This document shows, piece by piece, positions 21,505-30,214 of a DNA stretch of 37,359 nt (positions are counted from its first letter, which is position 1; each line of letters opens with the position of its first letter). This stretch comes from a virus (Duplodnaviria; Heunggongvirae; Uroviricota; Caudoviricetes): positions 1 through 37,359 of the IMG/VR virus record IMGVR_UViG_2654587746_000004, one strand, 5' to 3'. Under the pieces are notes generated by a model. It did no database searches, was not told where the DNA came from, and saw only the letters and a list, made by a program, of their open reading frames with translations. Made by a program: the position numbers and the translations under genes.

Positions 21505-21788
21505 AATTATGACCCTGTAGAGTGGTTGCTTGATTAGGATGTCTTTCCATCAGTCCGCCACCACAAAGAATCTTTTTTGCCATAAGGCTGGAGGTTCATC
21601 TTTTCAGTGGCTGCCAGTGTTATTTCCCCACTTTCTGGCTTGTGTTGTTTCGTGGTACTGCCGTAACTGGTGGTGCACAGATTTAGTTAAATCTGTTCTC
21701 GCCTGAACTATCTTTTACATACCCGGATTGTGGGGATGTAAATCACGGTTTCATTATCAAGCCCACCCGTAGATGGGCTTTGGAATGG

Positions 21789-22307
21789 TCACTTTGGCAG
21801 TCCGGGGATCGATATTTGCGCCTGCTGCTCAAGCCTTTTGATTCTTGCTATGAGTTGCGGTTTTTTGATCCTGCCCCAGCGGTTCAGCAAGCGTCCTGAC
21901 ATACTGGCAACATCCTTTTCCTTCATGAACTCCAGCATTAACTCGTTGTGCTCTCTTTGGTATGAGTGAGCCATCTCCATCAGCCTGTCACGCATCCAAT
22001 TAAATGCTTTGATAAACGCCTCTTTGATGGCGGCAGCTTTTTTGCCGGTAAACGACATGATGATGTACATCGCACCGTCTTTGGAAATTTCATATTCAAC
22101 ATACTGATTACCCTTGTGTTCATAGGTAACCCGCGAAAAGTTGCTGGTTAGAAATTCATCCGAACAGTCTAGCTTTTCGATTTTCTGAATGATGTGGTGA
22201 TGCTGCTTGTCGAAGTAAGCTGCTACCTTGCGGGAGGTTGTGATCACGCGATCACCAGAAACAACCACCATGTCCCGGAAATCGAGATTAGCCAATTGAT
22301 GATTCAT
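21789..22307 (-). CDS. rha: Rha-family phage regulatory protein
   Basis: 172-aa product from internal ATG (MNHQLANLDFRDMVVVSGDRVITTSRKVAAYFDKQHHHIIQKIEKL...) typical of the Rha N-domain; upstream part of the 253-aa track ORF treated as noncoding. Confidence 0.75.
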   Translation of the reverse strand: MNHQLANLDFRDMVVVSGDRVITTSRKVAAYFDKQHHHIIQKIEKLDCSDEFLTSNFSRVTYEHKGNQYVEYEISKDGAMYIIMSFTGKKAAAIKEAFIKAFNWMRDRLMEMAHSYQREHNELMLEFMKEKDVASMSGRLLNRWGRIKKPQLIARIKRLEQQAQISIPGLPK

Positions 22308-22447
22308 AGCGTCTTTACCTTTTAGAAAGTGAGCCTGTCTCACAGAAAAGCCGCCCGAGAGAGGTCGCCACCTATAACGGCATTTCTCAGGCTCGCTTAC
22401 TGAAAGGCTCTCGTTAATATGCGCGTGAGATGCGCTGTGAAATTCAG

Positions 22448-22474
22448 ATATAAAAAGCCCCGCGAATGCGAGGC
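22448..22474 (-). terminator. Rho-independent terminator downstream of Rz
   Basis: Minus strand: hairpin CCTCGC-ATTC-GCGGGG (one G-U pair) followed by CTTTTTAT. Confidence 0.55.
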
Positions 22475-22649
22475 TAAATCCTGGTATTTGTAATGAACTG
22501 GCTCTTATCTCAACGCAGCCCCTTACTGCGCGCCAGATGCTCAATATCAAGCATCAGCAATGAGATGTTTAATCTGGATTCACTCCAGAAGTGATCACCA
22601 CCCTGTCTACAGAGCCAGATGTGAAGGATGATGAGTAGAATTATCGCCA

Positions 22650-23087
22650 TCATCGAAGGCATTGCGTCCTGATGTATTCCTGCAGGTAGTTAACCTGCGC
22701 GGTTATCCTGTCGATTCCACTTCGGAGACGGTAATAATTGAGTTCAGCATCTGCTGTAAGTCTTGGGCTTTCTCCATCGCCCATGCTGCTGGCTCCGGTC
22801 GTTGACTTTGCACAGGTGGCGGCGACTTGCAGGCGCTTACGCCCAGCAGAAACATCAGCACGGAGGCTTTCGATAGTCGCGTTAGCATCAGCAAGCTCCT
22901 TTGTGTATCTGGCGTCAAGTTCTGCTACATCACGTTGACGCTTCTGCATGTCAGCGATTGTGGATGTGGCCTTATCGCGCTGCTCTTTGTAGGTCATGGC
23001 GTTATCACGGTAATGATTAACAGCCCATGAAAGGTAGACGATGATGCAGATAACCAGAGCGGAGATAATCGCGGTTACTCTGCTCAT
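22650..23087 (-). CDS. Rz: Spanin inner-membrane subunit Rz (i-spanin)
   Basis: 145-aa ORF after endolysin; N-terminal TM segment ([14 protein letters not shown]) then coiled-coil periplasmic domain; contains embedded +1-frame Rz1. Confidence 0.85.
   Translation of the reverse strand: MSRVTAIISALVICIIVYLSWAVNHYRDNAMTYKEQRDKATSTIADMQKRQRDVAELDARYTKELADANATIESLRADVSAGRKRLQVAATCAKSTTGASSMGDGESPRLTADAELNYYRLRSGIDRITAQVNYLQEYIRTQCLR
22703..22888 (-). CDS. Rz1: Spanin outer-membrane lipoprotein Rz1 (o-spanin), embedded in Rz
   Basis: Embedded [39 protein letters not shown]...: lipobox VSAC and Pro-rich region as in lambda Rz1; start chosen at the Met giving a signal peptide. Confidence 0.7.
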   Translation of the reverse strand: MLTRLSKASVLMFLLGVSACKSPPPVQSQRPEPAAWAMEKAQDLQQMLNSIITVSEVESTG

Positions 23088-23560
23088 ACCTCAATCTCTC
23101 TGACCGTTCCGCCAGCCTCTTTGAATTTTGCAATCAGGCTGTCAACCTTATGCTCGAACTGACCATAACCAGCGCCAGGCAGTGAAGCCCAGATATTGCT
23201 GCAACGGTCGATTGCCTGACGGATATCACCGCGATCAATCATCGGCAAAGCGCCACGCTCTTTAATCTGTTGCAATGCCACAGCGTCCTGGCTTTTCGGA
23301 GAGAAATCTTTCAGGCCAAGCTGCTTACGGTAGGCGTCCCACCAACGGGAAAGAAGCTGGTAACGTCCGGCTGCTGTTGATTTGAGTTTGGGGTTTAGCG
23401 TGACAAGTTTGCGAGGGTGATCTGAGTAATCAGTGAATAGCTCTCCGCCTACAATGACGTCATAACCATGATTTCTGGTTTTCTGTAGTCCGTTATCAGT
23501 TCCCTCTGACCACGCCAGCATATCGAGGAACGCATTACGTTGATTATTGATTTCCACCAT
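23084..23560 (-). CDS. R: Endolysin R (lytic transglycosylase, lambda R-type)
   Basis: 158-aa product [24 protein letters not shown]...GGTVREIEV near-identical to remembered lambda R. Confidence 0.95.
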   Translation of the reverse strand: MVEINNQRNAFLDMLAWSEGTDNGLQKTRNHGYDVIVGGELFTDYSDHPRKLVTLNPKLKSTAAGRYQLLSRWWDAYRKQLGLKDFSPKSQDAVALQQIKERGALPMIDRGDIRQAIDRCSNIWASLPGAGYGQFEHKVDSLIAKFKEAGGTVREIEV

Positions 23561-23867
23561 CTTCTACTCCGGCTTTTTTAGCAGCGAAGCGTTTGATAAG
23601 CGAACCAATCGAGTCAGTACCGATGTAGCCGATGAACACGCTCGTTATATAAGCGAGATTGCTACTTAGTCCGGCGAAGTCGAGAAGGTCACGAATGAAC
23701 CAGGCGATAATGGCGCACATCGTTGCGTCGATTACTGTTTTTGTAAACGCACCGCCATTATATCTGCCGCGAAGGTACGCCATTGCAAACGCAAGGATTG
23801 CCCCGATGCCTTGTTCCTTTGCCGCGAGAATGGCAGCTAACAGGTCATGTTTTTCTGGCATCTTCAT
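23544..23867 (-). CDS. S: Holin S (class I, lambda S107/S105-type)
   Basis: 107-aa product [62 protein letters not shown]... matches remembered lambda S, including the dual-start MKM motif. Confidence 0.95.
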   Translation of the reverse strand: MKMPEKHDLLAAILAAKEQGIGAILAFAMAYLRGRYNGGAFTKTVIDATMCAIIAWFIRDLLDFAGLSSNLAYITSVFIGYIGTDSIGSLIKRFAAKKAGVEDGGNQ

Positions 23868-24030
23868 GTCTTACCCCCAGAAGGGGATCTGTTCAAATTA
23901 GGAATTATAGATATGGTCGCTTGAACAAATCCGGGTTACGGTTGATTTGTAACGGGTTTGTTCGTGACCGCATTCATGAGCAAATCAGGCGTGGATTGCG
24001 CCAACAATACATGCCGCTCATATCACGAAG

Positions 24031-24060
24031 CCCAGCCATTGATGCTGGGTTTTCTTTTTT
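24031..24060 (+). terminator. Intrinsic terminator on plus strand, antisense to the late leader
   Basis: CCCAGC-CATTGAT-GCTGGG followed by TTTTCTTTTTT on the plus strand; the minus strand has no U-tract after the stem. Confidence 0.5.
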
Positions 24061-24420
24061 AAAGCGCACTAGACAACCGTATCCACAGAGTGTCAGCAAT
24101 GAGTTGGTTAGGTCTGGTTCTTGGTGGAAGTACGCTTTAAAAAATGGGCTGAGGGTTGTAGCCCAAAATACTGAGGGAATGGTAAGGATGAACAACGGTT
24201 TTGCTCTGGGTGGATTTGGCTGTGGTGGCCGGCGCTGATCTCCGGCTTGTATACAGGCACCTTGTTCTTCCGAAGCTCTCCTGCGCGCATCAGCCTGCGC
24301 ATTCACCACACCGGAAAGAGCACTCAGTTGTACCGGCCAGTTGTGCCACTAAGAAATGCTTTCGCAGACCGTTAAGCTCTTTGCCAGTTCTTTAATGCTC
24401 TTACCTGTTGTGCAGATATA

Positions 24421-24478
24421 AAAAATCCCGAAACCGTTATGCAGGCTCTAACTATTACCTGCGAACTGTTTCGGGATT
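24421..24478 (-). terminator. tR' late terminator
   Basis: Minus strand GCAATCCCGAAACAGTTCGCAGGTAATAGTTAGAGCCTGCATAACGGTTTCGGGATTTTTT matches remembered lambda tR'. Confidence 0.85.
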
Positions 24479-24612
24479 GCATTTTGCAGACCTCTCAGCC
24501 TGCGATGGTTGGAGTTCCAGACGATACGTCGAAGTGACCAACTAGGCGGAATCGGTAGTAAGCGCCGCCTCTTTTTATCTCACTACCACAACGAGCGAAT
24601 TAACCCATCGTT
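24421..24612 (-). ncRNA. 6S RNA-like short pR' transcript (pR' to tR')
   Basis: Segment between pR' and tR' closely matches the remembered lambda 6S RNA region; about 190 nt, contains the qut-associated sequence. Confidence 0.6.
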
Positions 24613-24618
24613 GGGTCA

Positions 24619-24647
24619 AATTTACCCAACTTTATTCAAAAAGTCAA
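24619..24647 (-). promoter_or_regulatory. Late promoter pR' with overlapping qut site
   Basis: Minus strand TTGACT - 17 nt - TAAATT directly downstream of Q, matching lambda pR' context. Confidence 0.8.
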
Positions 24648-24689
24648 TATCATGCCGTTAATATGTTGCCATCCGTGGCAATCATGCTG

Positions 24690-25313
24690 CTAACGTGTGA
24701 CCGCGTTCAAAATGTTGTCTGCGATTGACTCTTCCTTGTGGCATTGAACCACCAGAGCGTCATACAGCGGCTTAACAGTGCGTGACCAGGTGGGTTGAGT
24801 AAGGTTTGGGATTAGCATCGTTACAGCGCGATATGCGGCGCTTGCTGGCATCCTTGAATAGCCGACACCTTTGCATCTTCCGCACTCTTTCTCAACAACT
24901 CTCCCCCACTGCTCTGTTTTTGCTATATCAACCGCGCGGCCTGTACCGTGGCAATCTCTGCATCTTGCCCCCGGCGTCGCGGCACTACGGCAATAATCCG
25001 CATAAGCGAATGTTGCGAGCACTTGCAGTACCTTTGCCTTAGTATTTCCTTCGAGCTTTGCCACACCACGGTATTTCCCCGATACCTTGTGTGCAAATTG
25101 CATCAGATAGTTGATAGCCTTTTGTTTGTCGTTCTGGCTGAGTTCGTGCTTACCACAGAATGCAGCCATTCCAAATCCGGCTTGTGATTGCGCCATCCCC
25201 ATAGCAGCCATCACATCAGTACCGGAAAGAGAGTCAGAAGCCGTGGCCCGTGGTGAGTCGCTCATCATCGGGCTTTTTGGCGAATGAAATTTAGCTACAC
25301 TTTCGAGTCTCAT
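24690..25313 (-). CDS. Q: Late antiterminator Q (lambda-type)
   Basis: 207-aa product MRLESVAKFHSPKSPMMSDSPRATASDSLSGTDVMAAMGMAQSQAGFG... essentially identical to remembered lambda Q. Confidence 0.95.
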   Translation of the reverse strand: MRLESVAKFHSPKSPMMSDSPRATASDSLSGTDVMAAMGMAQSQAGFGMAAFCGKHELSQNDKQKAINYLMQFAHKVSGKYRGVAKLEGNTKAKVLQVLATFAYADYCRSAATPGARCRDCHGTGRAVDIAKTEQWGRVVEKECGRCKGVGYSRMPASAAYRAVTMLIPNLTQPTWSRTVKPLYDALVVQCHKEESIADNILNAVTR

Positions 25314-25498
25314 GGTCTACCCCTCTTGCCCTGTTTGACCATCAGGACGCCGTTAACTATTACGTGACGCTCGCCTTTGCTGTCTCGGTTGTACTTGAGC
25401 ACTGTTCCTCTTGCGCAGGAAAGCATCCTCGCCACTTCGGTCTGATTGCCTCGTGTCTGGATAAGAAGCTCTGGTATCGTTTGAATTGTGGCGTTCAT
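25310..25498 (-). CDS. ninH: NinH-like protein
   Basis: 62-aa product with ..GNQTEVARMLSCARGTVLKY..IVNGVLMV.. resembling lambda NinH HTH region; directly upstream of Q. Confidence 0.8.
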   Translation of the reverse strand: MNATIQTIPELLIQTRGNQTEVARMLSCARGTVLKYNRDSKGERHVIVNGVLMVKQGKRGRP

Positions 25499-25857
25499 GC
25501 GTTCTCCAGTTCGGTGATTTTTATTCCAAGCCTTCCGCCTGGTACTTTCACGCCACGAATTACGCGAATGTCATCGAATTGCTCGTCATCTTCCGCAAAC
25601 CCGGCGTGGATAAGGGAGTCGAGTAAGCCCTTCAGGATGTTATCGAGGTCGCGGCGGCGGGAGTCTGGAACGTCTGCGATGACTTTGATGCGGAGTCGTG
25701 ATTTGGTGAAAATGTCTAACTTGAGTTGGCGGATGATTTGCTGAACGTCTTTTCGGTATTTCTGGCCTTTATCGCTGATGTAGTATTGGCTTCCCCGTCT
25801 TCGCCAGTAGGTATTCACCGACGGCGGGTAAGGAAGCACAAACTGATATTCGTTCAT
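25495..25857 (-). CDS. rusA: Holliday-junction resolvase RusA
   Basis: 120-aa product; motifs LPYPPSVNTYW, RRRDLDNILKGLLDSL and GGRLGIKITELE match RusA family. Confidence 0.9.
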   Translation of the reverse strand: MNEYQFVLPYPPSVNTYWRRRGSQYYISDKGQKYRKDVQQIIRQLKLDIFTKSRLRIKVIADVPDSRRRDLDNILKGLLDSLIHAGFAEDDEQFDDIRVIRGVKVPGGRLGIKITELENA

Positions 25858-26144
25858 GGCTTAATCTTCCCCTCCTTCAGCAGTATCGCCTGCGTCCTGA
25901 TCACGCCTTCGAGGTGGTAAAGTCTGGCGTCTTTGTTGTCGAGATTATGGGTGCGTCGGTCGATTTCATCGTGACACGCGCTACAAGCCCATGCGCCCAT
26001 CAGGTCGTCAGGCTTCATTCCAGTTCCGCAAATTCCAGCCATCCGGTAATGTGCCAGAACTGTAGTTTCAGGGTTGCCATTGCATACGCCGTAAATACGT
26101 ACCTGACATTCTCTTCCGCGCGCTTCTTTGCGTAGGTTAGCCAT
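25854..26144 (-). CDS. DUF1364/YbcO-like zinc-binding nin-region protein (putative nuclease)
   Basis: 96-aa product MANLRKEARGRECQVRIYGVCNGNPETTVLAHYR...ACSACHDEIDRRTH resembles remembered DLP12 YbcO; conserved Cys cluster. Confidence 0.8.
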   Translation of the reverse strand: MANLRKEARGRECQVRIYGVCNGNPETTVLAHYRMAGICGTGMKPDDLMGAWACSACHDEIDRRTHNLDNKDARLYHLEGVIRTQAILLKEGKIKP

Positions 26145-26866
26145 TAAGCAGCCTCCCCTGTTACTTTCAGCATTCCGTTATCGAGCAGCTTTCTGGTCAG
26201 CCACTGTTGGCCACGCCCGGTGATTTTTGTGGTGAACGATATCTGTATTCCGTGATTTGTGTTGACCGCTGTTTCTTTCACTGTGAAATAGCCGCGATCC
26301 ATATATTCCTGCATTGGCACATTGCGCCGGGAACCTGAAGCAATAAGGATTTTGTGATCGCGCATCCACGCAAACAGTTTGTTTGGACCAATTCCAACAA
26401 CCTTTGCAAAGTTTCCAATCAAAATTCCGCTGGCCTCGCCAACGCGATCGGCAAACTCAACTTTAGGTGCGGCAATTGCGAGCTGGTTTTCCAGTTGCAT
26501 TTTCTGCTCAGCAAGATCAGCAGCAAGGCGCAACGCTTCTGGTAGCGTTTTGGGGATATTAACCGCAGCTTCTTCAAGCTCTCGCCAACGGTCAACAAGA
26601 CGAGCGGTGAATTCCGGCGACAACTGAGCGACGACAATAATGCTGTCTCGCTTACCTTGTTCGCCCTCAAAAACGTAAGCCTCTACGCCACGAAGTAATC
26701 CTAAGTTATTGATTTTTTCGAAAACCACCATTGGGGGATTTCGGATCACACCTCGAGCCGCCAGTCGTTCAATAGATTGTTTCACCTTGTCATGACGACT
26801 TCCCACCAACTCAGCGATTTCAATGCTTGTCATTTTGATGGCATTGCCATTTATTAACTCACTCAT
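26144..26866 (-). CDS. Rha-N / KilA-C (antirepressor-type) two-domain regulatory protein, Roi-like
   Basis: 240-aa ORF; N-terminal MTSIEIAELVGSRHDKVKQSIERL Rha-type motif and C-terminal KilAC/ANT-like domain; start overlaps ninF stop. Confidence 0.7.
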   Translation of the reverse strand: MSELINGNAIKMTSIEIAELVGSRHDKVKQSIERLAARGVIRNPPMVVFEKINNLGLLRGVEAYVFEGEQGKRDSIIVVAQLSPEFTARLVDRWRELEEAAVNIPKTLPEALRLAADLAEQKMQLENQLAIAAPKVEFADRVGEASGILIGNFAKVVGIGPNKLFAWMRDHKILIASGSRRNVPMQEYMDRGYFTVKETAVNTNHGIQISFTTKITGRGQQWLTRKLLDNGMLKVTGEAA

Positions 26867-27035
26867 CGTCTTCTTCCTCGTACATTGAGCTATTCGGATC
26901 GCTCATCAGTTCTGCGCAGCAGTGCTCACACACGTGAACTTCCAGCACATGCAGCTTCTGACCGCAGTTAGCGCACGTTAAAGCTCGCTCGACGCTTTCT
27001 TTCTGGTATTGAAGGGATTGGGATGGGCTAAGCAT
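26859..27035 (-). CDS. ninF: NinF
   Basis: 58-aa ORF absent from the track (below 60 aa), translated by hand: [58 protein letters not shown], matching remembered lambda NinF; overlaps both neighbours. Confidence 0.85.
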   Translation of the reverse strand: MLSPSQSLQYQKESVERALTCANCGQKLHVLEVHVCEHCCAELMSDPNSSMYEEEDDE

Positions 27036-27435
27036 TATTGGCGTCCTGCATCATGAGAAAGACAATCATGGCGGCGCGGAGGGGATTTTCATGTATAGCT
27101 CGCTTAGATTTACAGTAGGCCACACCGCGTGCACCCCACTCGTCTTCATCGAGATTGATAATGCTAATCCTGTATTTTTCAATAATCGGCCATGCGTCTG
27201 CTGGGTTTACGCATGGGTTAAATGATCCGCGCTCAACTTCTACTTCAACTGCGTCTCCGTTTACAATGTCTCCCTCAAATGAGACAAACACCATATCGCC
27301 ATTCTCACCTTCTTTGTAATCCGGTGATCCGTTATGAATGGCTTCGAATACCGCCACGTTAATTTCAAAATCACTTAACTGTGAATAATCCATTGTCATT
27401 TCCTCGCACGATGTCTTAGCCACCGGATATCCCAC
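27028..27435 (-). CDS. Nin-region hypothetical protein (possibly YbcN-like)
   Basis: 135-aa acidic ORF between ninD and ninF; true start may be an internal Met ([17 protein letters not shown]...); family assignment tentative. Confidence 0.55.
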   Translation of the reverse strand: MGYPVAKTSCEEMTMDYSQLSDFEINVAVFEAIHNGSPDYKEGENGDMVFVSFEGDIVNGDAVEVEVERGSFNPCVNPADAWPIIEKYRISIINLDEDEWGARGVAYCKSKRAIHENPLRAAMIVFLMMQDANNA

Positions 27436-27538
27436 AGGTGAGCCGTGTAGTTGAAGGTTTTTACGTCAGATTCTTTTGGGATTGGCTTGCGTTTATTTCT
27501 GGAGCATTTCGTTGGAAGGTATTTGCAGTTTTCACAGA

Positions 27539-27712
27539 TTATGTCGGTGATACTTCGTCGCTGTCTCGCCACACGTCCTCCTTTTCCTGCGGTAGTGGTA
27601 ACACCCCTGTTGGTGTTCTTTCACACCGGAGACACCATCGATTCCAGTAAGGTTGATTTGGTCGGAAGCGGTTATCTTCTTTGCATTCACCGCACCGATA
27701 ACATCGCATCAT
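27539..27712 (-). CDS. ninD: NinD-like Cys-rich zinc-finger protein
   Basis: 57-aa product [36 protein letters not shown]...; ATG overlaps ninB stop (ATGA); CxxC...CxxC motif. Confidence 0.7.
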   Translation of the reverse strand: MMRCYRCGECKEDNRFRPNQPYWNRWCLRCERTPTGVLPLPQEKEDVWRDSDEVSPT

Positions 27713-28149
27713 GCTGCCCGGTCTCCCCATCGCGCTTTCCACTCCAGAGCCAGTCTCGCTTCGTCTGACCACTTAACGCCACGCTCTGTACCGAATGCCT
27801 GTATAAGCTCTAATAGCTCCGCAAATTCGCTTACACGCATCCTGCTGGTTGACTGGCCTATTACCACAAAGCCATTCCCGGCAAGGTTAGGAACAACGTC
27901 CTGCTGCTTTAATGCTGCGGTAAACACACACTTCCAGCTTTCTGCATCCAGCCAGCGACCATGCCATTCAACCTGACGAGAGACGTCACCTAAGCAGGCC
28001 CATAGCTTCCTGTTTTGGTCTAAGCTGCGGTTGCGTTCCTGAATGGTTACTACGATTGGTTTGGTTGGGTCTGGAAGGATTTGCTGTACTGCGTGAATAG
28101 CGTTCTGCTGATGTGCTGGAGATCGAATTTCAAAGGTTAGTTTTTTCAT
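27709..28149 (-). CDS. ninB: NinB (Orf-family recombination mediator)
   Basis: 146-aa product [55 protein letters not shown]... near-identical to remembered lambda NinB; start set at MKKL. Confidence 0.92.
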   Translation of the reverse strand: MKKLTFEIRSPAHQQNAIHAVQQILPDPTKPIVVTIQERNRSLDQNRKLWACLGDVSRQVEWHGRWLDAESWKCVFTAALKQQDVVPNLAGNGFVVIGQSTSRMRVSEFAELLELIQAFGTERGVKWSDEARLALEWKARWGDRAA

Positions 28150-28226
28150 GACTTCCCTCTCCCCCAAATAAAAAGGCCTGCGATTACCAGCAGGCCTGTT
28201 ATTAGCTCAGTGATGTAGATGGTCAT
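28146..28226 (-). CDS. Putative 26-aa hydrophobic peptide, translationally coupled on both sides
   Basis: Hand-translated [26 protein letters not shown]; ATG abuts primase-helicase stop (TAA-ATG) and stop overlaps ninB ATG (ATGA); the tR2-like hairpin lies inside it. Speculative. Confidence 0.3.
   Translation of the reverse strand: MTIYITELITGLLVIAGLFIWGRGKS
28166..28197 (-). terminator. tR2-like rho-independent terminator between replication and nin genes
   Basis: Minus strand AGGCCTGC-TGGTAATC-GCAGGCCT perfect 8-bp stem followed by TTTTTATTT; position equals lambda tR2. Confidence 0.7.
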
Positions 28227-30107
28227 TTAATACTCCGTCACGTTTTCCTGTCGCCACGCCTCGTCATATTCCGATTTCGGCATATTGGCGATGTAGCTAT
28301 ATGGCGATCCTGATTCAAGTTGCAGGAACTGGTGCGATTGCTCGTCAAGGAACAACGGGACACCACCTTCCCAACCTTCGCCGTTACGTTGCTTTTCAAG
28401 CATCAAAACAGATGCCGGAGATGCCAGTAGCTGTTCGTCCTTCTCTGACATCTTTTCACCACTCTGAACTCTCTGTAACGCTCTCTCGCGAGCCTTGTTA
28501 CGCCAGATTATAAAAAGGTTGTCTGTCAGGTCTGTTATCGCTCCAGAGCCTTTTACGTCCATTTTCCCGGTTGGTTTTTCTTCGCTGTCTCCTTTTCTGG
28601 AGTGAGTAACGAGAATGACGTGGGAGTTTGTTTTGTTTTTGAAGTCACAAATCGAGTCAACAAATGCTTTCTGCCCGTTATAATCATCGTCACCTATGCC
28701 GCATTTCATCAGGCTGTCGATGATGAATAACTGGATCCCGTATCGGCGGCGAGCGTAGTCGAATATTTCGATCAGCCTGTCGGCTTTCGCCGTTCCGGTC
28801 AGGCCAAACACCCAAAGTCTTTCGTCATAAAATTTAAATGCAGAGTCAATTTCCAGCACTGGCGGCATCTTGCAGCACGTCGCCTGACGGGTAAGGCGCT
28901 TAAGGAGAATACCAGGCTTCAGCTCAAGTGACGCGATGCATGTCTTCACACCCTGACGCATTGCCTCAAGTGCCATATGCCCGACAACCTCCGTTTTTCC
29001 GTGACCGTTCACACCATTGACCAGCGTCAACTCGGCCTCACGGAACTGGAATTTATCTGCCAGAGATTCCCACGGTGGATTAAACAGATACTGCTGCTTG
29101 CCGTAGAAAGCGTTGATAGTGTCCTGGTAAAACTCTCGCGCGCTGTAGAGTTCTTCAGGATCGAAGTAGGATGCCGTGCCGATGTACTGCCAGATTTCAT
29201 CCTCGGTAACACCGTTCATCAGGCATTCGTTGATGTCTTTGTACGGCAGAGTAACAAGACGGCAACGATGTTCACCGAGTCGGCTTGCGATTTCCCTTGC
29301 GGCTTCACGACCAACATCATCAACGTCCATCGAGATGAATATTTCCTCAAACCTGTCGAGGTTGTGATACTCAAACTCAATCCACTGTTGCTTAGCGCCT
29401 TTCCCGCCACCAAACGGCACGGATAACGCCGAGATGCCGTATTGCGCATAGCTCATACAATCAATTTCGCCTTCGCAAAGTACAACCGCCCTCACGCCAG
29501 CGTCCAGAGCCTGCCATCCGAACAGACAAGGTTCGCAATCACCTTCTGCCATAATGACTTTCTTCCCGTCCGGGCGCTCAGTGCTGATTCGCTTGACCTG
29601 CAACAACTCACCATCGCGTTTGTACGGAATCACCAGAGCATCCAGTTCCCGCTCTCCATTCCACACCTTGCCGCTGACAACCTCGTAGCGCTTTACGATT
29701 TCTGGCGATATGCCACGCGATTGCAGGTACTCAAGATGGGATTCTGTTCTGGTAACGTAGCGGGCGATTTTCTTGCGGTCAGGTCTGGAGAATTTCTTCT
29801 CACGTTTGGCATCGAAATGGTGATCGTCATCCTTGATTCCGAGAAAGGCTTTCGCTTCCTGCATAGCCTGATGCAGGTTAATTCCACGACATGCCATCCA
29901 CAAATCAAGCATGTCACCGCCGTCTCCCTCAGCGAAATCAGCCCATTTTTTCTTGCCGCTAAGGTTGACCTTAAGGCTGTTTCCCTTGTCACCGTTGACG
30001 TTACCGGCAACCCACTCATGCCCCTCTTTCTTGCCGTTTGGCAACAGGTGCGGAGCCACCCTGTCAACCTGCGCCCAAAGCAGGTCGCTAAGTTCACTTG
30101 GCGTCAT
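28227..30107 (-). CDS. Bifunctional replicative primase-helicase (zinc-finger/TOPRIM primase + DnaB-family helicase)
   Basis: 626-aa ORF downstream of the O-like initiator; Walker A GVNGHGKT in C-terminal half; central acidic TOPRIM-like segment (..LCEGEIDCMS.., ..ISMDVDDVG..). Confidence 0.8.
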   Translation of the reverse strand: MTPSELSDLLWAQVDRVAPHLLPNGKKEGHEWVAGNVNGDKGNSLKVNLSGKKKWADFAEGDGGDMLDLWMACRGINLHQAMQEAKAFLGIKDDDHHFDAKREKKFSRPDRKKIARYVTRTESHLEYLQSRGISPEIVKRYEVVSGKVWNGERELDALVIPYKRDGELLQVKRISTERPDGKKVIMAEGDCEPCLFGWQALDAGVRAVVLCEGEIDCMSYAQYGISALSVPFGGGKGAKQQWIEFEYHNLDRFEEIFISMDVDDVGREAAREIASRLGEHRCRLVTLPYKDINECLMNGVTEDEIWQYIGTASYFDPEELYSAREFYQDTINAFYGKQQYLFNPPWESLADKFQFREAELTLVNGVNGHGKTEVVGHMALEAMRQGVKTCIASLELKPGILLKRLTRQATCCKMPPVLEIDSAFKFYDERLWVFGLTGTAKADRLIEIFDYARRRYGIQLFIIDSLMKCGIGDDDYNGQKAFVDSICDFKNKTNSHVILVTHSRKGDSEEKPTGKMDVKGSGAITDLTDNLFIIWRNKARERALQRVQSGEKMSEKDEQLLASPASVLMLEKQRNGEGWEGGVPLFLDEQSHQFLQLESGSPYSYIANMPKSEYDEAWRQENVTEY

Positions 30108-30214
30108 GATTCCCTCAGATTGAGATTTTTAAACCAGAAATCGACAAACGAAATACTTAACCAGCCGTGGTTATAACCAGCGACCAGTAGCGATTTGATT
30201 TTTGATTTCATGGT

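Noticed and set aside
22308-22550. N-terminal 81 codons of the 253-aa track ORF upstream of rha
   Set aside because: Recognisable Rha homology begins at the internal Met (22307); the upstream part contains the post-Rz terminator hairpin and has low-complexity composition, so it is treated as intergenic.
24061-24240. Tiny Gly/Cys-rich ORF (MNNGFALGGFGCGGRR) on the plus strand
   Set aside because: Start codon directly abuts the only purine-rich stretch (no spacer) and the peptide is only 16 aa; no supporting context.
23974-24309. 111-aa minus-strand ORF in the Q-S late leader
   Set aside because: Pro/Arg-rich low-complexity translation with no start context; flanks correspond to the lambda noncoding late leader. 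The region is reported as a finding for its divergence and antisense terminator instead.
28150-28167. Upstream MGEREV extension of ninB (track start at 28167)
   Set aside because: The tR2-like terminator U-tract overlaps this extension, and the lambda NinB match begins at MKKL (28149).
29442-30176. 244-aa plus-strand ORF
   Set aside because: Lies antisense within the primase-helicase gene; no ribosome-binding site or recognisable motifs.
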